Counted from the first letter of the stretch, positions 1 to 9,972 are shown. The stretch is 64,000 nucleotides of DNA from Polyangiales bacterium (GCA_044229975.1 JBGARZ010000004.1:288001-352000); one strand, 5' to 3'. Notes: generated from the letters alone by a model not told the origin. Numbers and translations are program-made.

Positions 1-1
1 C

Positions 2-100
2 CTCGCCGCGCTCGCCCTGGTGCGCGCCATCGCCCTCGACGCGAAGGCCCTCGACGCGAAGCGCGATGTTGCGTTGTTCAGCCTGGGTCTTCCGTCGTGA
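2..100 (+). CDS. 3' end of a gene entering from the left (partial, unknown product)
   Basis: Open frame LAALALVRAIALDAK...GLPS with mostly G/C-ending codons, ending TGA at 98-100 just before an intergenic repeat. Confidence 0.45.
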   Translation, partial: LAALALVRAIALDAKALDAKRDVALFSLGLPS

Positions 101-117
101 GACGACTCGCATCAGGT

Positions 118-597
118 CGTTGCGCCCGGTCGCCGCGGGGTTTCAACCCTTTCGCCTCTACACATCCACAGCACCGGATTCCGCAAGGGAGCCGTCGGCC
201 GAAGAGCGCCCACTGCGCGGTTGCGGACGGCCCGAAGACGGGCCTGCAACCGCTGAAGTGGGAGCCTGGAGCTGGGCGTCCCGCCTGCGCGGGACTTGCT
301 GGCGGAGCGCCGAGCGCTCTGCGCTCGACGAGTGGAAGTAGGAGTTCACCGAACGGCTCGGGAGCGGACACCTTCACCCTCTCGACGGTCGCTCCAGCGA
401 CCGGCGCCCCGCCAGGAAGTCCCGCGCAGGCGGGACGCCCATCTCCAGGCTCCCACTTCAGCGGTTGCAGGCCCGTCCGCGGGCCGTCCGCAACCGCGCA
501 GTGGGCGCTCTTCCGCGGACGACTCCATCCGCAAAACGGGCGTCGCTCACTGTGTAGAAACGAAAAGGGTTTCAACCCGCGGCGGCCGGGCGCGACG
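118..597. repeat. Long imperfect inverted repeat (REPIN-like); arms about 118-312 and 402-597
   Basis: GAAGAGCGCCCACTGCGCGGTTGCGGACGGCCC...CTGCAACCGCTGAAGTGGGAGCCTGGAG is mirrored in the right arm; both arms carry a GGGTTTCAACCC motif. Confidence 0.9.
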
Positions 598-617
598 TCT
601 TCCGAAGGGCCACCCCC

Positions 618-3600
618 ATGACCCAACGCAAGCTCCTCTCCCGCGGCACCGCCCTCGTCGACCCGCGCGCCGCCGTCGAGCGACTCCGCAGCTTCCAGCT
701 CGCCGAGCCGCTGCTCTACGTGCTGGAGATCGTTCGCGCCGCGGTCGCCGGCGACGCCACCGCGGTCGATCTCTACAACGACGCCGACGACCTCATCCTC
801 ACCTTCGACGGCGCCGCGCCCGCGGTCGACGACCTCGCGCACCTCCTCGATCACCTCTTCAGCACCGCCCAGCCCCGCCTCCGCCTGCTCGCCATCGCGG
901 TCAACACCGCCCTCGGCTTCGGCCCGCGCCACGTCGACCTCTACACCACCCACGAGGCCCCGCCCGGCCAGTGCCACCGCGTGCGCTTCATCGTCGGCGC
1001 CACCCACGACCCCGACGCGCGCGTCCCCGCCGCCGTCGAGAGCGCCCGCACCGAGCTCGTCGCGCGCCCCACTGACCTGCCCGCTGAAGGCGTCCGCGTG
1101 CACCTGCGCGAGTCCTTCGGCATGCCCGTCGTGCGCGAGTGGTTCGCCCGCGACCCGGCCGAGACCATCCTCCTCCGCGATCGCCTCGTCGCGCTCCCCA
1201 TCCCGTTGCGCCGCGACGGCGTCGTCCTCGTCACCGGGCCCGCTGCACCGCCCCTCGTCGCCGTCGCCCTCGACCTCGGCAGTGATCTCCGCGGAACCCT
1301 CCAGCTCCTCCGCCCCAACCAGCCCAACCGGCTCGTTCTCTCCGAGCTCGGCGTCACCCTCGAAGAGCGCCCGCTCACGCCCGCCGTCGACGGCGTCCCG
1401 AGTCCTCCGCTGCGCCTCCACCTCGACGCGCGCTCGCTGCCCACCAACGCATCGCGCTCCCAGGTCGACCTCTCCGGCGGTCTCTCCCACGCCCTCCGCC
1501 GCGCCTGGAACCAACACCTCCCCGAGCTCCTCACCGCCGCCCACGCGCGCCTCGCGACGCCTGATCTCCCCGACGCCGAGCGCGTCGCCCTCCACGAGTC
1601 GCTGCTCGCGTGGCTCCACCACGGCCTCGGCAACGACTGGCCCGTTCGCAAGCTCCCATCGGGCCATGACCAGGACGTCGACCTCGGGCGCACCCCTTCG
1701 TCGACCGTCTACACCCTCGCGACGTGGCCACTCATCCCCACCGCCGCGGGTGGTCTCATCTCCCTCGCGGCCATTGCCGCGTCGACGTCGTCGCTGGTGT
1801 GGCGCGGCACCGAGGCGCTCCCCGTCGACATCGCCCCGTGGATCACCACCGTCCTCTGGTGTCCCCCCAACCGCCCACGCCTCGGTGCGCTGCTGTGGCC
1901 CCTCGACGCCAAGCCCGCCGACGCCGCCATCGAGGCCGCCCGCGAAGCCCACAAGCGCCGTCAGCGCTTCCTCGGTCTCACGCCTCGCGACACGCGCCTC
2001 GCGCCCTCCGACGACGTCGTGCTGCGCGCGCCCTTCGGCGACGCCTCCACCGACGACAACCCTTCCCTGCCCGTCACGCTGCCGGGGCTCCGCGGTGAGC
2101 TCGTTCTGCGCTCGCGCGGCCTCGGCGCACCGGGCCCGTTGCTGGTCACCGTCTTCGTCGAGCAGCGCCCGCTCACCACCGAGTCGCTCGACACCGCGGG
2201 CGTCCCGGCCGAAGTCGCCATCGAGGCGCCCGGCGTCATCGCCGACCGCGTCTTCCAGAGCATCGAACGCAACGCCTCCCTCACCGCCGCCCTGCGCGCC
2301 GTGAAGCTCGTGCTCGCCGAGGCCCTCGCGGTGCTCGCCGTCGACCTCGCGGGCGCGCTCTCTGTCACCGACCCGCGACGCCAGTGGTTCGGCCCCGAGC
2401 TCGACCATCTCCCTGGCGCCACCCGCCGCGCGATGGCCTCCGCCGTCTTCGACACGCTGCGCGCCTCCACCGAGGACGCCCGCGCCCAGCGCGAGCTCTG
2501 CGCCGATGTTCTTCAGCGCCACCCCGCGCTCGTCGAGCTCCCGCTGTGGCCCACCACCGACCCATCGACGCTGCTCTCCACGCGCGAGGTGATCGCCCTC
2601 GCGGTCTCCTTCGAACACGCCGTGCTGGTGAGCAACGCCGCGCGGGGCGTGCGCGCCGACGGTCGTCCCGTGCTGCTCCTCGACTCGACGGCGCAGCGCA
2701 AGCTGGCCGCGGTGCTCCCCGACGCCACGCGCTTCGTCAACGTGAGCAACACGCTGCCCACCAGGGTGAGCGAAGACCCCCGCTGGCTGGCGCCCACCGC
2801 CGACCGCCGCAGCGTCCCCTGGATCGTCACCTCCTCTGCGCACTCCCGCGTAGCGGTCTCTCCGGCGCCCTCCAGCAAGGACAGCTCGACCCTCGGCCAC
2901 TCGGGACAGGCCCTCGACGCCCGCAACCTCGCTGGTCGCTTCGGGCCGCTCCAGGTCGTCGTCGAGGACGACCGCCTCGTCGTCCCCGCGGGCGAAAAAT
3001 CCCCGCTGCTCCAGAGCATCCCGGACGACCTCAACGCCCTCGTCCACGCCGCCGAAATCGCTCTCGCCACGAGGCTCGCCCTCGCGTGGCAGGGCGACGA
3101 CGAGTCCCTCGACACCCTCAACGCCGACAGCGTGGCCCTCCGCAGCAACGCCTCCCGGCGCATGCTCCTGCACGCCTACGCGCACGTCATCATCCGTCCC
3201 GACGCGCCCGCCCTCCAGGCACTGCGCACGGCCCTCGCCGCGACGCCGCTGATCCCAGTGCGCTCCGTCGACGGCGTCGTCCGCGACGTCACCCCGACGG
3301 CCTTCCGCGCCCGCACCACCGACCTCCATCCGCGGGTGCTCCCCTACCTCGCCGAGGCGCCTGACCAGCTCGAAGGCGAGGACTTCACCCCGGTCATCGT
3401 GTCCGACCGCGAGATCCGCGCGCTCATCGAACGCTGCTTCGACCTTCGCCTCCGCTCGATGCACGAGCAGCTCCCCGCGCTGCGCGACGCCCGCGCCCGT
3501 CGCCTCGCTCGCGCCCGCCTCGCCGAGCGCCCACGCGTTCGCGCTGAGCACCTCGTCGGGCTCGCGGCCGCCTCCTCCGTCCGAACCCTCGCCCAGCAGG

Positions 3601-6260
3601 ACGCCGGAACCCTCCACGCCGCCATCGTCCGCGAGCCAGCGTCGGCGCGTGTGGAGGTCGTCGTCGACGGCGCGTTGGCCTTCGCGCTGGACGGCGCGGC
3701 GCTGCCCTTCCCCGTCGTCGGGCGCTTCGTCCCCGAGGACGACGCGGTGCTGACCACCTCCTTCGACGCGCTCTCCGACGCCGGCCGCAAGGCCTTCGAG
3801 TCGCTGCTGCGCGCGATGGTCTCGGTGCTGCTCGACGCGATGGTGGACGACGCGGCGGCGGCCACCGACGGCGCCGCGGCGCTGGCGCTGCGATGGGCGC
3901 TCGCCGAGGGGCCGAAGGGTCTCGCGCGGCACACCTCCCTGCGCGAGCGGCTGCGTGGCGTCGCGATGTGGCGGAGCCCATCGGGCGAGCGCATCTCCCT
4001 GAAGACGCTGACGCTCTTCTCGCCGCGGCCAGGGTTCTGTCGCCCGCGCACGACGCCGTGGGTCGTCGCGGCGGCGGGAGAGGAGCCCGACATCGCCGCG
4101 GTGGTGCTCGACGGCGCCGACGACCCGCGCGCCCTCGGAACGCTCGTCGGCGAAGCCTCCGTCGACCAGAGCGCGGAGATCGATCGGTCGCAGCGTCGGC
4201 GCTCGCTGCGGCTGGCGGGGGCGAAGCGGGTGGCGGTTCCGGGCGAGCCGGAGTGCGCGGCGTTGTCGGTGCGGGTGGAGGCGGCGGCGCCGAAGCTCGG
4301 GTTCGGCGAGCTGCGGCTGACGGACGGCGAGGCGGCGCTCACGCTGCGGGTGCACGCGCCGGGGAGCAGCGCGCGGGTGCTGACGATGCCCGCGCCCTTC
4401 GCGATGGCGGCGGCGCTGGCGTGCGTCGACCTCGACCTGACGGACATCGATCGATCGGTTCAGTCGCTGGAGCTGGGAACCCGCATGCTCGACCTCGCGC
4501 GCGGGCTCTTGCAGAGGGCCGCCGCGGCGGGCGAAGCCCTTCCGCCATGGAGCAACGCGGCGCTGCGCTGGATGCTGCTGACCACGCGCGGACTATCGGG
4601 CGCGGCGGTGGGTCGCGCGGTGTTTGCGGACACCGAGGGGAAGCCGATGTCGCTGGCGGACCTCGACGCGCAGGCGGCGCAGCACCGGGCGGTGGGCTAC
4701 TGCACGGCGGCGCCGGACGAGCCCTGCGCGCTGGCCGAGCCGGGTGTGCGTGCGGTGGTGCTGACGACGCGCGAAGTGGGCTGGCTGGAGACGCTGCGCA
4801 AGGGGCGTGACCTGACGGCGTGGGTGAAGGCGGCGCTGCGGGCGCTGGCGTGGGACCGCTCTCCCCCCGCGACGAAGATCGAGGCGCCGCTCGATGGTTC
4901 GCTGGGCGTACGACTGCGGTGTCCATTGAAGGAGCCCGGGGCGGAGGGCGAGGTGTACTGGCTCGACGACCGCGCGGCGCCCGTGAGCACGGTGGCGTGG
5001 TACCGCGGCCGTCGGCGGCTGGGCGAGAGCGACCTGGCGCTGCCGTGGCCTGCGCGGATGGCGCTGGAGGCGCCGACGCTGACGCCCGACGCGACGCGGG
5101 CGGGGCCGGTGGACGACCTGGCGCTGGCGCAGGCGAGACAGCGTGCGACGACGCTGGCGCTGGCGGCGTTGCAGCGGGTGCTGGGCCCGACGGAGGCGGA
5201 GGCGCCGTGGGGCACGGTGGCGGCGCACAACGAGAAGAGCCCGGCGTATCGCGGTGGGATGGGGGCGATGACGGGCTGGCTATGGCTGCGTACGGACGCC
5301 GCGCCCGGAACGATCGAGCTGATGGTGGGCGATCGGTTGACGACGGTGAAGTCGCGGGCCGGGGGGAAGTACCCGTGTGACGCGCCGCTGATGGGTCGGC
5401 TGTGGGTGTGGCGCGGCGTCGAGGGGGCCGAGCGCACGGCGTTGCTGGAGGAGGTGGTGGGCTGGGCGTGGCGCCGGTTGCTGGATGCGTGGGTGACGAC
5501 GGCGCAGCGCGGGTCCATGGACGAGGGGGTGAGGGCGCTGCTGCTGACGCGCTCGGCGCTGGCGGGCGCGCTTGGTGGTGGCGCGATGAAGGACACGGCG
5601 CGCGGGCTCAAGCTCCCAGGGACGAAGACGACCTTCCAGCAGTTGCAGCAGGCGCGGAAGGACGACCGGAAGCTGCGGGTGGTTCCGGTCGGGGACGGGC
5701 GACTGGAGCGGCCGTACATGGTCGCGGCGGGGCGCTCGGCGTGGATGACGGTGCTGCACGACGCGGCGATGCTGGAGTACGACGACGGGCCGGCGGCGAC
5801 GATCGCGGTGGCCCCGACCGCGACGACGAAGGAGCCGCCGCGGGTGGAGGCGCCAGCGGCGAAGCCGCCGGAGGCGCCACCGCGCGAGACGGCGCGGACG
5901 GAGCCCGCGAAGAAGGTGAGCGCGGCGCGCGAGGCGGCGTGGCCGTGGGCGTCGCGGGTGGAGAGCGAGCTGCGCGCAATGGGCTTGCCCGCCGAGGCGC
6001 TGCACACGCTGGCGGGCGCGGAGTCGTCGCGGGGCGCGCGCGACGCGATGGTGGACTACCAGGCGGGCGCGCGGACGGCGCTGGTGCAGGTGAAGCACCC
6101 GGTGGTGGCGCGGTGGCTGACGGGCGATCCGCGGCGCGGGGCGACGCTGCTGGCGATGGCGGTGTACGGAGCGATCCGCAGAGAGCGCGACGACGTGTTG
6201 GCGACGGAGGAGTGCGCGGCGATGGACGCGGTGCTCGCGACGATCGCGGCGCGGGGGTGA
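618..6260 (+). CDS. Large 1880-aa protein with an N-terminal degenerate GHKL/HSP90-like domain
   Basis: Long ORF with strong GC3 bias; N-terminus FQLAEPLLYVLEIVRAAVAGDATAVDL...LTFDG resembles the GHKL N-box region; C-terminal LVQVKHPVV resembles the HSP90-like LxxNxxHP motif. Confidence 0.75.
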   Translation: MTQRKLLSRGTALVDPRAAVERLRSFQLAEPLLYVLEIVRAAVAGDATAVDLYNDADDLILTFDGAAPAVDDLAHLLDHLFSTAQPRLRLLAIAVNTALGFGPRHVDLYTTHEAPPGQCHRVRFIVGATHDPDARVPAAVESARTELVARPTDLPAEGVRVHLRESFGMPVVREWFARDPAETILLRDRLVALPIPLRRDGVVLVTGPAAPPLVAVALDLGSDLRGTLQLLRPNQPNRLVLSELGVTLEERPLTPAVDGVPSPPLRLHLDARSLPTNASRSQVDLSGGLSHALRRAWNQHLPELLTAAHARLATPDLPDAERVALHESLLAWLHHGLGNDWPVRKLPSGHDQDVDLGRTPSSTVYTLATWPLIPTAAGGLISLAAIAASTSSLVWRGTEALPVDIAPWITTVLWCPPNRPRLGALLWPLDAKPADAAIEAAREAHKRRQRFLGLTPRDTRLAPSDDVVLRAPFGDASTDDNPSLPVTLPGLRGELVLRSRGLGAPGPLLVTVFVEQRPLTTESLDTAGVPAEVAIEAPGVIADRVFQSIERNASLTAALRAVKLVLAEALAVLAVDLAGALSVTDPRRQWFGPELDHLPGATRRAMASAVFDTLRASTEDARAQRELCADVLQRHPALVELPLWPTTDPSTLLSTREVIALAVSFEHAVLVSNAARGVRADGRPVLLLDSTAQRKLAAVLPDATRFVNVSNTLPTRVSEDPRWLAPTADRRSVPWIVTSSAHSRVAVSPAPSSKDSSTLGHSGQALDARNLAGRFGPLQVVVEDDRLVVPAGEKSPLLQSIPDDLNALVHAAEIALATRLALAWQGDDESLDTLNADSVALRSNASRRMLLHAYAHVIIRPDAPALQALRTALAATPLIPVRSVDGVVRDVTPTAFRARTTDLHPRVLPYLAEAPDQLEGEDFTPVIVSDREIRALIERCFDLRLRSMHEQLPALRDARARRLARARLAERPRVRAEHLVGLAAASSVRTLAQQDAGTLHAAIVREPASARVEVVVDGALAFALDGAALPFPVVGRFVPEDDAVLTTSFDALSDAGRKAFESLLRAMVSVLLDAMVDDAAAATDGAAALALRWALAEGPKGLARHTSLRERLRGVAMWRSPSGERISLKTLTLFSPRPGFCRPRTTPWVVAAAGEEPDIAAVVLDGADDPRALGTLVGEASVDQSAEIDRSQRRRSLRLAGAKRVAVPGEPECAALSVRVEAAAPKLGFGELRLTDGEAALTLRVHAPGSSARVLTMPAPFAMAAALACVDLDLTDIDRSVQSLELGTRMLDLARGLLQRAAAAGEALPPWSNAALRWMLLTTRGLSGAAVGRAVFADTEGKPMSLADLDAQAAQHRAVGYCTAAPDEPCALAEPGVRAVVLTTREVGWLETLRKGRDLTAWVKAALRALAWDRSPPATKIEAPLDGSLGVRLRCPLKEPGAEGEVYWLDDRAAPVSTVAWYRGRRRLGESDLALPWPARMALEAPTLTPDATRAGPVDDLALAQARQRATTLALAALQRVLGPTEAEAPWGTVAAHNEKSPAYRGGMGAMTGWLWLRTDAAPGTIELMVGDRLTTVKSRAGGKYPCDAPLMGRLWVWRGVEGAERTALLEEVVGWAWRRLLDAWVTTAQRGSMDEGVRALLLTRSALAGALGGGAMKDTARGLKLPGTKTTFQQLQQARKDDRKLRVVPVGDGRLERPYMVAAGRSAWMTVLHDAAMLEYDDGPAATIAVAPTATTKEPPRVEAPAAKPPEAPPRETARTEPAKKVSAAREAAWPWASRVESELRAMGLPAEALHTLAGAESSRGARDAMVDYQAGARTALVQVKHPVVARWLTGDPRRGATLLAMAVYGAIRRERDDVLATEECAAMDAVLATIAARG

Positions 6261-6268
6261 GCGGGGCG

Positions 6269-6316
6269 CTTCCGCGATTCGAGACCGAGGCCCTTCCGCG
6301 ATTCGAGACCGAGGCC
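6269..6316. repeat. 24-bp tandem duplication CTTCCGCGATTCGAGACCGAGGCC (2 copies)
   Basis: Directly visible just after the stop codon at 6260. Confidence 0.8.
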
Positions 6317-6425
6317 GTCGGCGACCACGCCAGACCCTGAGCGTGAGCGAGGGGAAGCACCCACCCACGTCATCAGCGCGGATTTCCCGCCGCTGACAGT
6401 CGACGAGCGAACATGGCAGGGTCCC

Positions 6426-7709
6426 GTGCCGCCCGTGCCTCCCCCGCGAAACGCAAGCCGTCTGCTCGTCGGTTGGGTTCTCTCATCCGCGGCGATCACG
6501 TCGTGCGCGATGGGCGTGTCGATCGACGAGAGCGCCCTCGATGGCGGGTTCGTCGCCGACGACGCCGACGCGTCCGACACGCCCCCTCCGCACGACGCGC
6601 CGCACGTCATCGACACGCCTCTCGCGACCGACGCTCCCGCCGCGACCGACGCTCCCCTCTCGACCGACGCTCCCCTCGCGACCGACGCACCCCTCTCGGT
6701 CGACGTCGCTACCGTCGATGTGCCTGCGTGTCCGTCGGGCTCCTCGCTCTGCGCCGCCGCCTGCGTCGACCTCTCTCGCGACCCGGCGCACTGCGGCGCG
6801 TGCGGCCAGCGTTGCCCCGCGTCGCCCAACGCAGCGGCGTCGTGCGGTGCCGGTCGCTGCGGCGTGACCTGCGCCGCGGGCTACGGCGACTGCGACGGCA
6901 TGGTGACGACCGGCTGCGAGGTGACCTTCGCGACGAACGTCGCCCATTGCGGCGCGTGCGGCACCGCCTGCACGTCGCCCCACGGAACCCCGGCGTGCGC
7001 GGCCGGTTCCTGCACCGTCGCTTCCTGCGAAGCGGGCTACGGCGACTGCAACAGCGCCGTTTCGGACGGCTGCGAGGTCGAGCTCTCGACGAGCGCGGCC
7101 CACTGCGGCGCGTGCGGACGGGCGTGCGCCACCGGTCAGAGCTGCGCCGCGGGCGTGTGCACGTCGCCCGTGTGGGAGAGCTTCGAGAGCGGCGCGTGGC
7201 CCTGGACGCCCTGGACGCGCGGCGGCAGCGGCAGCACCCCCGATTGGACGGCGGCCGCGGCGTGCGCTCACGACGGCGCGCGTGGCCTCACGGGCCCGAG
7301 CATCGGGTCGCGCTGGTACTACCGCACCGACCGCACCTTCGGCGCCGCGGGCGAGCGGATCTCGGCGTGGGTCCGCGCGACGAACGCGGGGCGGGCGTAC
7401 CTCGGCTTCGGCGCGTCGTCGGCGGGCGCGTGGTCGTTCGGCTTCGCGCCCAACACGCGGCAGGTGGTCTTCTTCCGCCACGCGGCGTGGGGCTTCGTGC
7501 AGATCACCGCGTCCGCCGCGACCTTCTCCGAGAACACCTGGTACCGCGCCGAGGTCACCTTTGGCGCGGGCGGCGCGGTCACCGGTCGCGTCTACAGCGA
7601 GGCGGGCGCGACCGTCGCGACCCTCACGACCACCATCGCGGACCTCCCGACAGGGGGCGTCGCGCTCTACGCCTTCAACGCCTGCGTCGACACGATCGAG
7701 CTCCGATAG
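6426..7709 (+). CDS. Secreted Cys-rich repeat (Stig1-like) protein with a C-terminal beta-sandwich domain
   Basis: Signal/lipobox-like ITSC; TDAPL linker repeats; repeated CVDL...HCGACG and GYGDC..GCE motifs. Confidence 0.8.
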   Translation: MPPVPPPRNASRLLVGWVLSSAAITSCAMGVSIDESALDGGFVADDADASDTPPPHDAPHVIDTPLATDAPAATDAPLSTDAPLATDAPLSVDVATVDVPACPSGSSLCAAACVDLSRDPAHCGACGQRCPASPNAAASCGAGRCGVTCAAGYGDCDGMVTTGCEVTFATNVAHCGACGTACTSPHGTPACAAGSCTVASCEAGYGDCNSAVSDGCEVELSTSAAHCGACGRACATGQSCAAGVCTSPVWESFESGAWPWTPWTRGGSGSTPDWTAAAACAHDGARGLTGPSIGSRWYYRTDRTFGAAGERISAWVRATNAGRAYLGFGASSAGAWSFGFAPNTRQVVFFRHAAWGFVQITASAATFSENTWYRAEVTFGAGGAVTGRVYSEAGATVATLTTTIADLPTGGVALYAFNACVDTIELR

Positions 7710-7713
7710 GGCC

Positions 7714-8226
7714 CTACTCGAACTCGTTGGTGATCACGAACGGCGCCCGCTGGATCTCGCCCTGGTTGAGCGCGCCCGACAAGCTGAACGTCGACCCGAC
7801 GCCGTCGCCGTCGAGGTCGCCGAGGGCCTCCGCGCGCACGTCCGTCGCCGTCCCCACCGCGCGGTACGCGTAATAGAACGGCGTATCGATGGAGAACCCG
7901 ATGGCGCTCCAGTTGGAGTTGCCGGTGAACGACGTGGGCTGCGTCGGGTACTTCGACGCGCTGGGCGCAGCGCTCGGCGTCGTGCTGGCCGAGATGAACG
8001 ACGCGAGCGACTGCTCGGAGTTCTGATTGAAGTACGCGACCTCGCCCATGTAGATCTTGCCGACGTTGTTCATGGCCTCGCTGGTCTTGGCGCGTCGGAT
8101 GTAGCGGGAGTACGCGGGAAAGGCGACCGCCGCGAGGATGCCCAGCACCACCACGGCGATCATCAGCTCCACCAGGGTGAAGCCCGCGCGAGCGTGACTC
8201 CCTCGGACGTGCCCACAGCGTCTCAT
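7714..8226 (-). CDS. Type IV major-pilin-like protein
   Basis: Prepilin motif G|FTLVELMIAVVVLGILAAVAFPAY..YIRRAKTSEA; C-terminal GDLDGDG; start set at ATG 8226. Confidence 0.9.
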   Translation of the reverse strand: MRRCGHVRGSHARAGFTLVELMIAVVVLGILAAVAFPAYSRYIRRAKTSEAMNNVGKIYMGEVAYFNQNSEQSLASFISASTTPSAAPSASKYPTQPTSFTGNSNWSAIGFSIDTPFYYAYRAVGTATDVRAEALGDLDGDGVGSTFSLSGALNQGEIQRAPFVITNEFE

Positions 8227-8285
8227 GCGCGCAGTAGGACACAGCCCTCCGCCGCAGGCCGATGGCAGCCCGGTGGCAGCGAACG

Positions 8286-8687
8286 CTACAGATCGTTGGC
8301 GCGCGTCTGCGTCCGGGCGCCGTCCGCGCGGGTGCAGGTGCAGGCGAAGAAGCTCACCGGTCGTCCACCGCCCGCGGGCGTCTCCTCGGCGGGGCCGAGC
8401 GAGCTCTGCGTGTAGCCCTGCTGGACGCAGTACGCCTGGCACCGCTCGCCGCGCCCCGCGTCGCGCGAGGCCACGCCCGCGAAGGTGGTGAGCATGCCGA
8501 TGCCCAGCAGCCCGAAGCCCGCGAGCATCGCGAGTCGGCGCCCCGAACCCTGTCGGCCGGACATCACCTCGCCGATGACCTGAAACTGCTTCGACTTGTC
8601 GACGCCACCGCCGCCGAAGAGCGTCCCGGCGAAGAGGAGGAAGCCGACCGCGGCGAGCGCGAGTCCGACGAGCATGGTGGGGTTCAT
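8286..8687 (-). CDS. Small membrane protein, hypothetical
   Basis: Two hydrophobic segments, then a CQAYC...CTC motif. Confidence 0.65.
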   Translation of the reverse strand: MNPTMLVGLALAAVGFLLFAGTLFGGGGVDKSKQFQVIGEVMSGRQGSGRRLAMLAGFGLLGIGMLTTFAGVASRDAGRGERCQAYCVQQGYTQSSLGPAEETPAGGGRPVSFFACTCTRADGARTQTRANDL

Positions 8688-8776
8688 ACGGCGGAGGGTA
8701 CGCGGCCGGTCGCCGCCGCTCCAGGGCCTCCATCGTCGCGGTCGCCGCCGCTCTGTGGCACCTTCGTCGCCCAGCG

Positions 8777-9472
8777 ATGAACACCACAGCGCGGCGCGTT
8801 CACACGGTGCACTACCCGGACACCGATCACATGGGGGAGGACTTCCTGCAGTGCCTCATCGCGGAGGCGCTGCGCCCGCTCATCGCGCGCTGGCTGCGTG
8901 CCCAGCGGGTGCGTGCCTTCACGGGCGCCGAGCAGTTCATCTACTGGGTGCCGGGCGACCCCACGCAGCGCCTGGCGCCGGACGTCTACGTGCTGCCCAA
9001 GGTCGACCCCGACGCGGTGCCCTCGTCGTGGCAGTTGTGGGAGGTAGGGACGGCGCCGTCCTTCGCGCTGGAGATCGTCTCGCGCGATGTCCAGAAGGAC
9101 TACGACGACGCGCCCGTGCTCTACAACGCGATGGGCGCGAAGGAGCTGGTGATCTTCGACCCGGGCGCGACGGCGCGCAGCCGTACGCGCGTGCGGTGGC
9201 AGGTCTACCGTCGCCTCGCGCGGCGGGGATTCGTTCGGGTGGCGCAGACCATGGACGACCGCGTCGAGGTCGCCTCGCTCGGGTGCTGGCTCGTGGCGGT
9301 GGGCAGCGGTCGCGCCGTGCGGTTGCGCCTGGGCACCGGCGTCGGAGGAGAAGAGCCGTTTCTCACCGAAGCCGAGGAGGAGCGCGCCGCGAAGGAACAG
9401 GAGCGCGCCGCCCGCCTCGCAGCCGAAGCCGAGGTCGCCCGCCTGCGCGCCCTGCTCGCGTCGCGCGGCTAA
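8777..9472 (+). CDS. Uma2 (DUF820) family PD-(D/E)xK endonuclease-like protein
   Basis: APDVYV, PSFALEIVS...KDY, LVIFDP motifs; C-terminal ERAAKEQERAAR coiled coil. Confidence 0.88.
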   Translation: MNTTARRVHTVHYPDTDHMGEDFLQCLIAEALRPLIARWLRAQRVRAFTGAEQFIYWVPGDPTQRLAPDVYVLPKVDPDAVPSSWQLWEVGTAPSFALEIVSRDVQKDYDDAPVLYNAMGAKELVIFDPGATARSRTRVRWQVYRRLARRGFVRVAQTMDDRVEVASLGCWLVAVGSGRAVRLRLGTGVGGEEPFLTEAEEERAAKEQERAARLAAEAEVARLRALLASRG

Positions 9473-9483
9473 ACCCTCTGTCC

Positions 9484-9972
9484 CTACTTCCCCGTCACAT
9501 GCGTCAGCTCGTCGAGCTCCGCGCCCGTCACCCGGTAGGCCCGCCCGAAGCCCATCACGAACCCGCCGCTCCCCACTGGTGTCAGCTCCACCCAGTGGAA
9601 GTCCGCCAGGCCCAATAGCGTGTCCGCTATCGGGAACCTCTCCCGATACGCTCGCTCCGCACCCGCCTCGCGCGCCTCGTCGCGCCCGACGAACCTCGCG
9701 TCTGCGGTCAGCATCACCCGGGTCAGCGCGTGGTTGCTCCGCGGGTCGTCCACCCGCCACGCCTCGCTCACCATCACCCCGCAGCGCCCGCTCTTGCGCA
9801 GCGCCGCCGTGTGCGCCGACAGCTCGCTCACCAGCATCCAGAGCCGCGTCGGCCCGCGCGTCCGCGCCCACGCGACCAGTGACACCGCCGGCCCCTCGTC
9901 CCCGCCCACCGCCAGGCTCGCGACCGGAACCTCCGCCAGCAACCCCTCCAACACCTCCCTCGGCTCAGCCAT
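9484..9972 (-). CDS. Pyridoxamine 5'-phosphate oxidase-like / HugZ-family split-barrel protein
   Basis: LVSELSAHT, LLGLADF, GGFVMGFGRAY motifs; start overlaps the upstream stop region. Confidence 0.8.
   Translation of the reverse strand: MAEPREVLEGLLAEVPVASLAVGGDEGPAVSLVAWARTRGPTRLWMLVSELSAHTAALRKSGRCGVMVSEAWRVDDPRSNHALTRVMLTADARFVGRDEAREAGAERAYRERFPIADTLLGLADFHWVELTPVGSGGFVMGFGRAYRVTGAELDELTHVTGK

Noticed and set aside
78..4355. Very long alternative ORFs (78-4355 minus, 27498-31421 minus, 11848-14418 minus, 38374-40785 minus and similar)
   Set aside because: Antisense or off-frame shadows of real high-GC genes; Arg/Gly/Pro-rich and without motifs
6269..6316. 24-bp duplication as a mobile-element footprint
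   Set aside because: Only two adjacent copies with no associated element; slippage is the simpler explanation
8777..9472. Uma2 protein as part of a defence or toxin-antitoxin system
   Set aside because: Solo gene with no partner; this family is commonly expanded in myxobacteria
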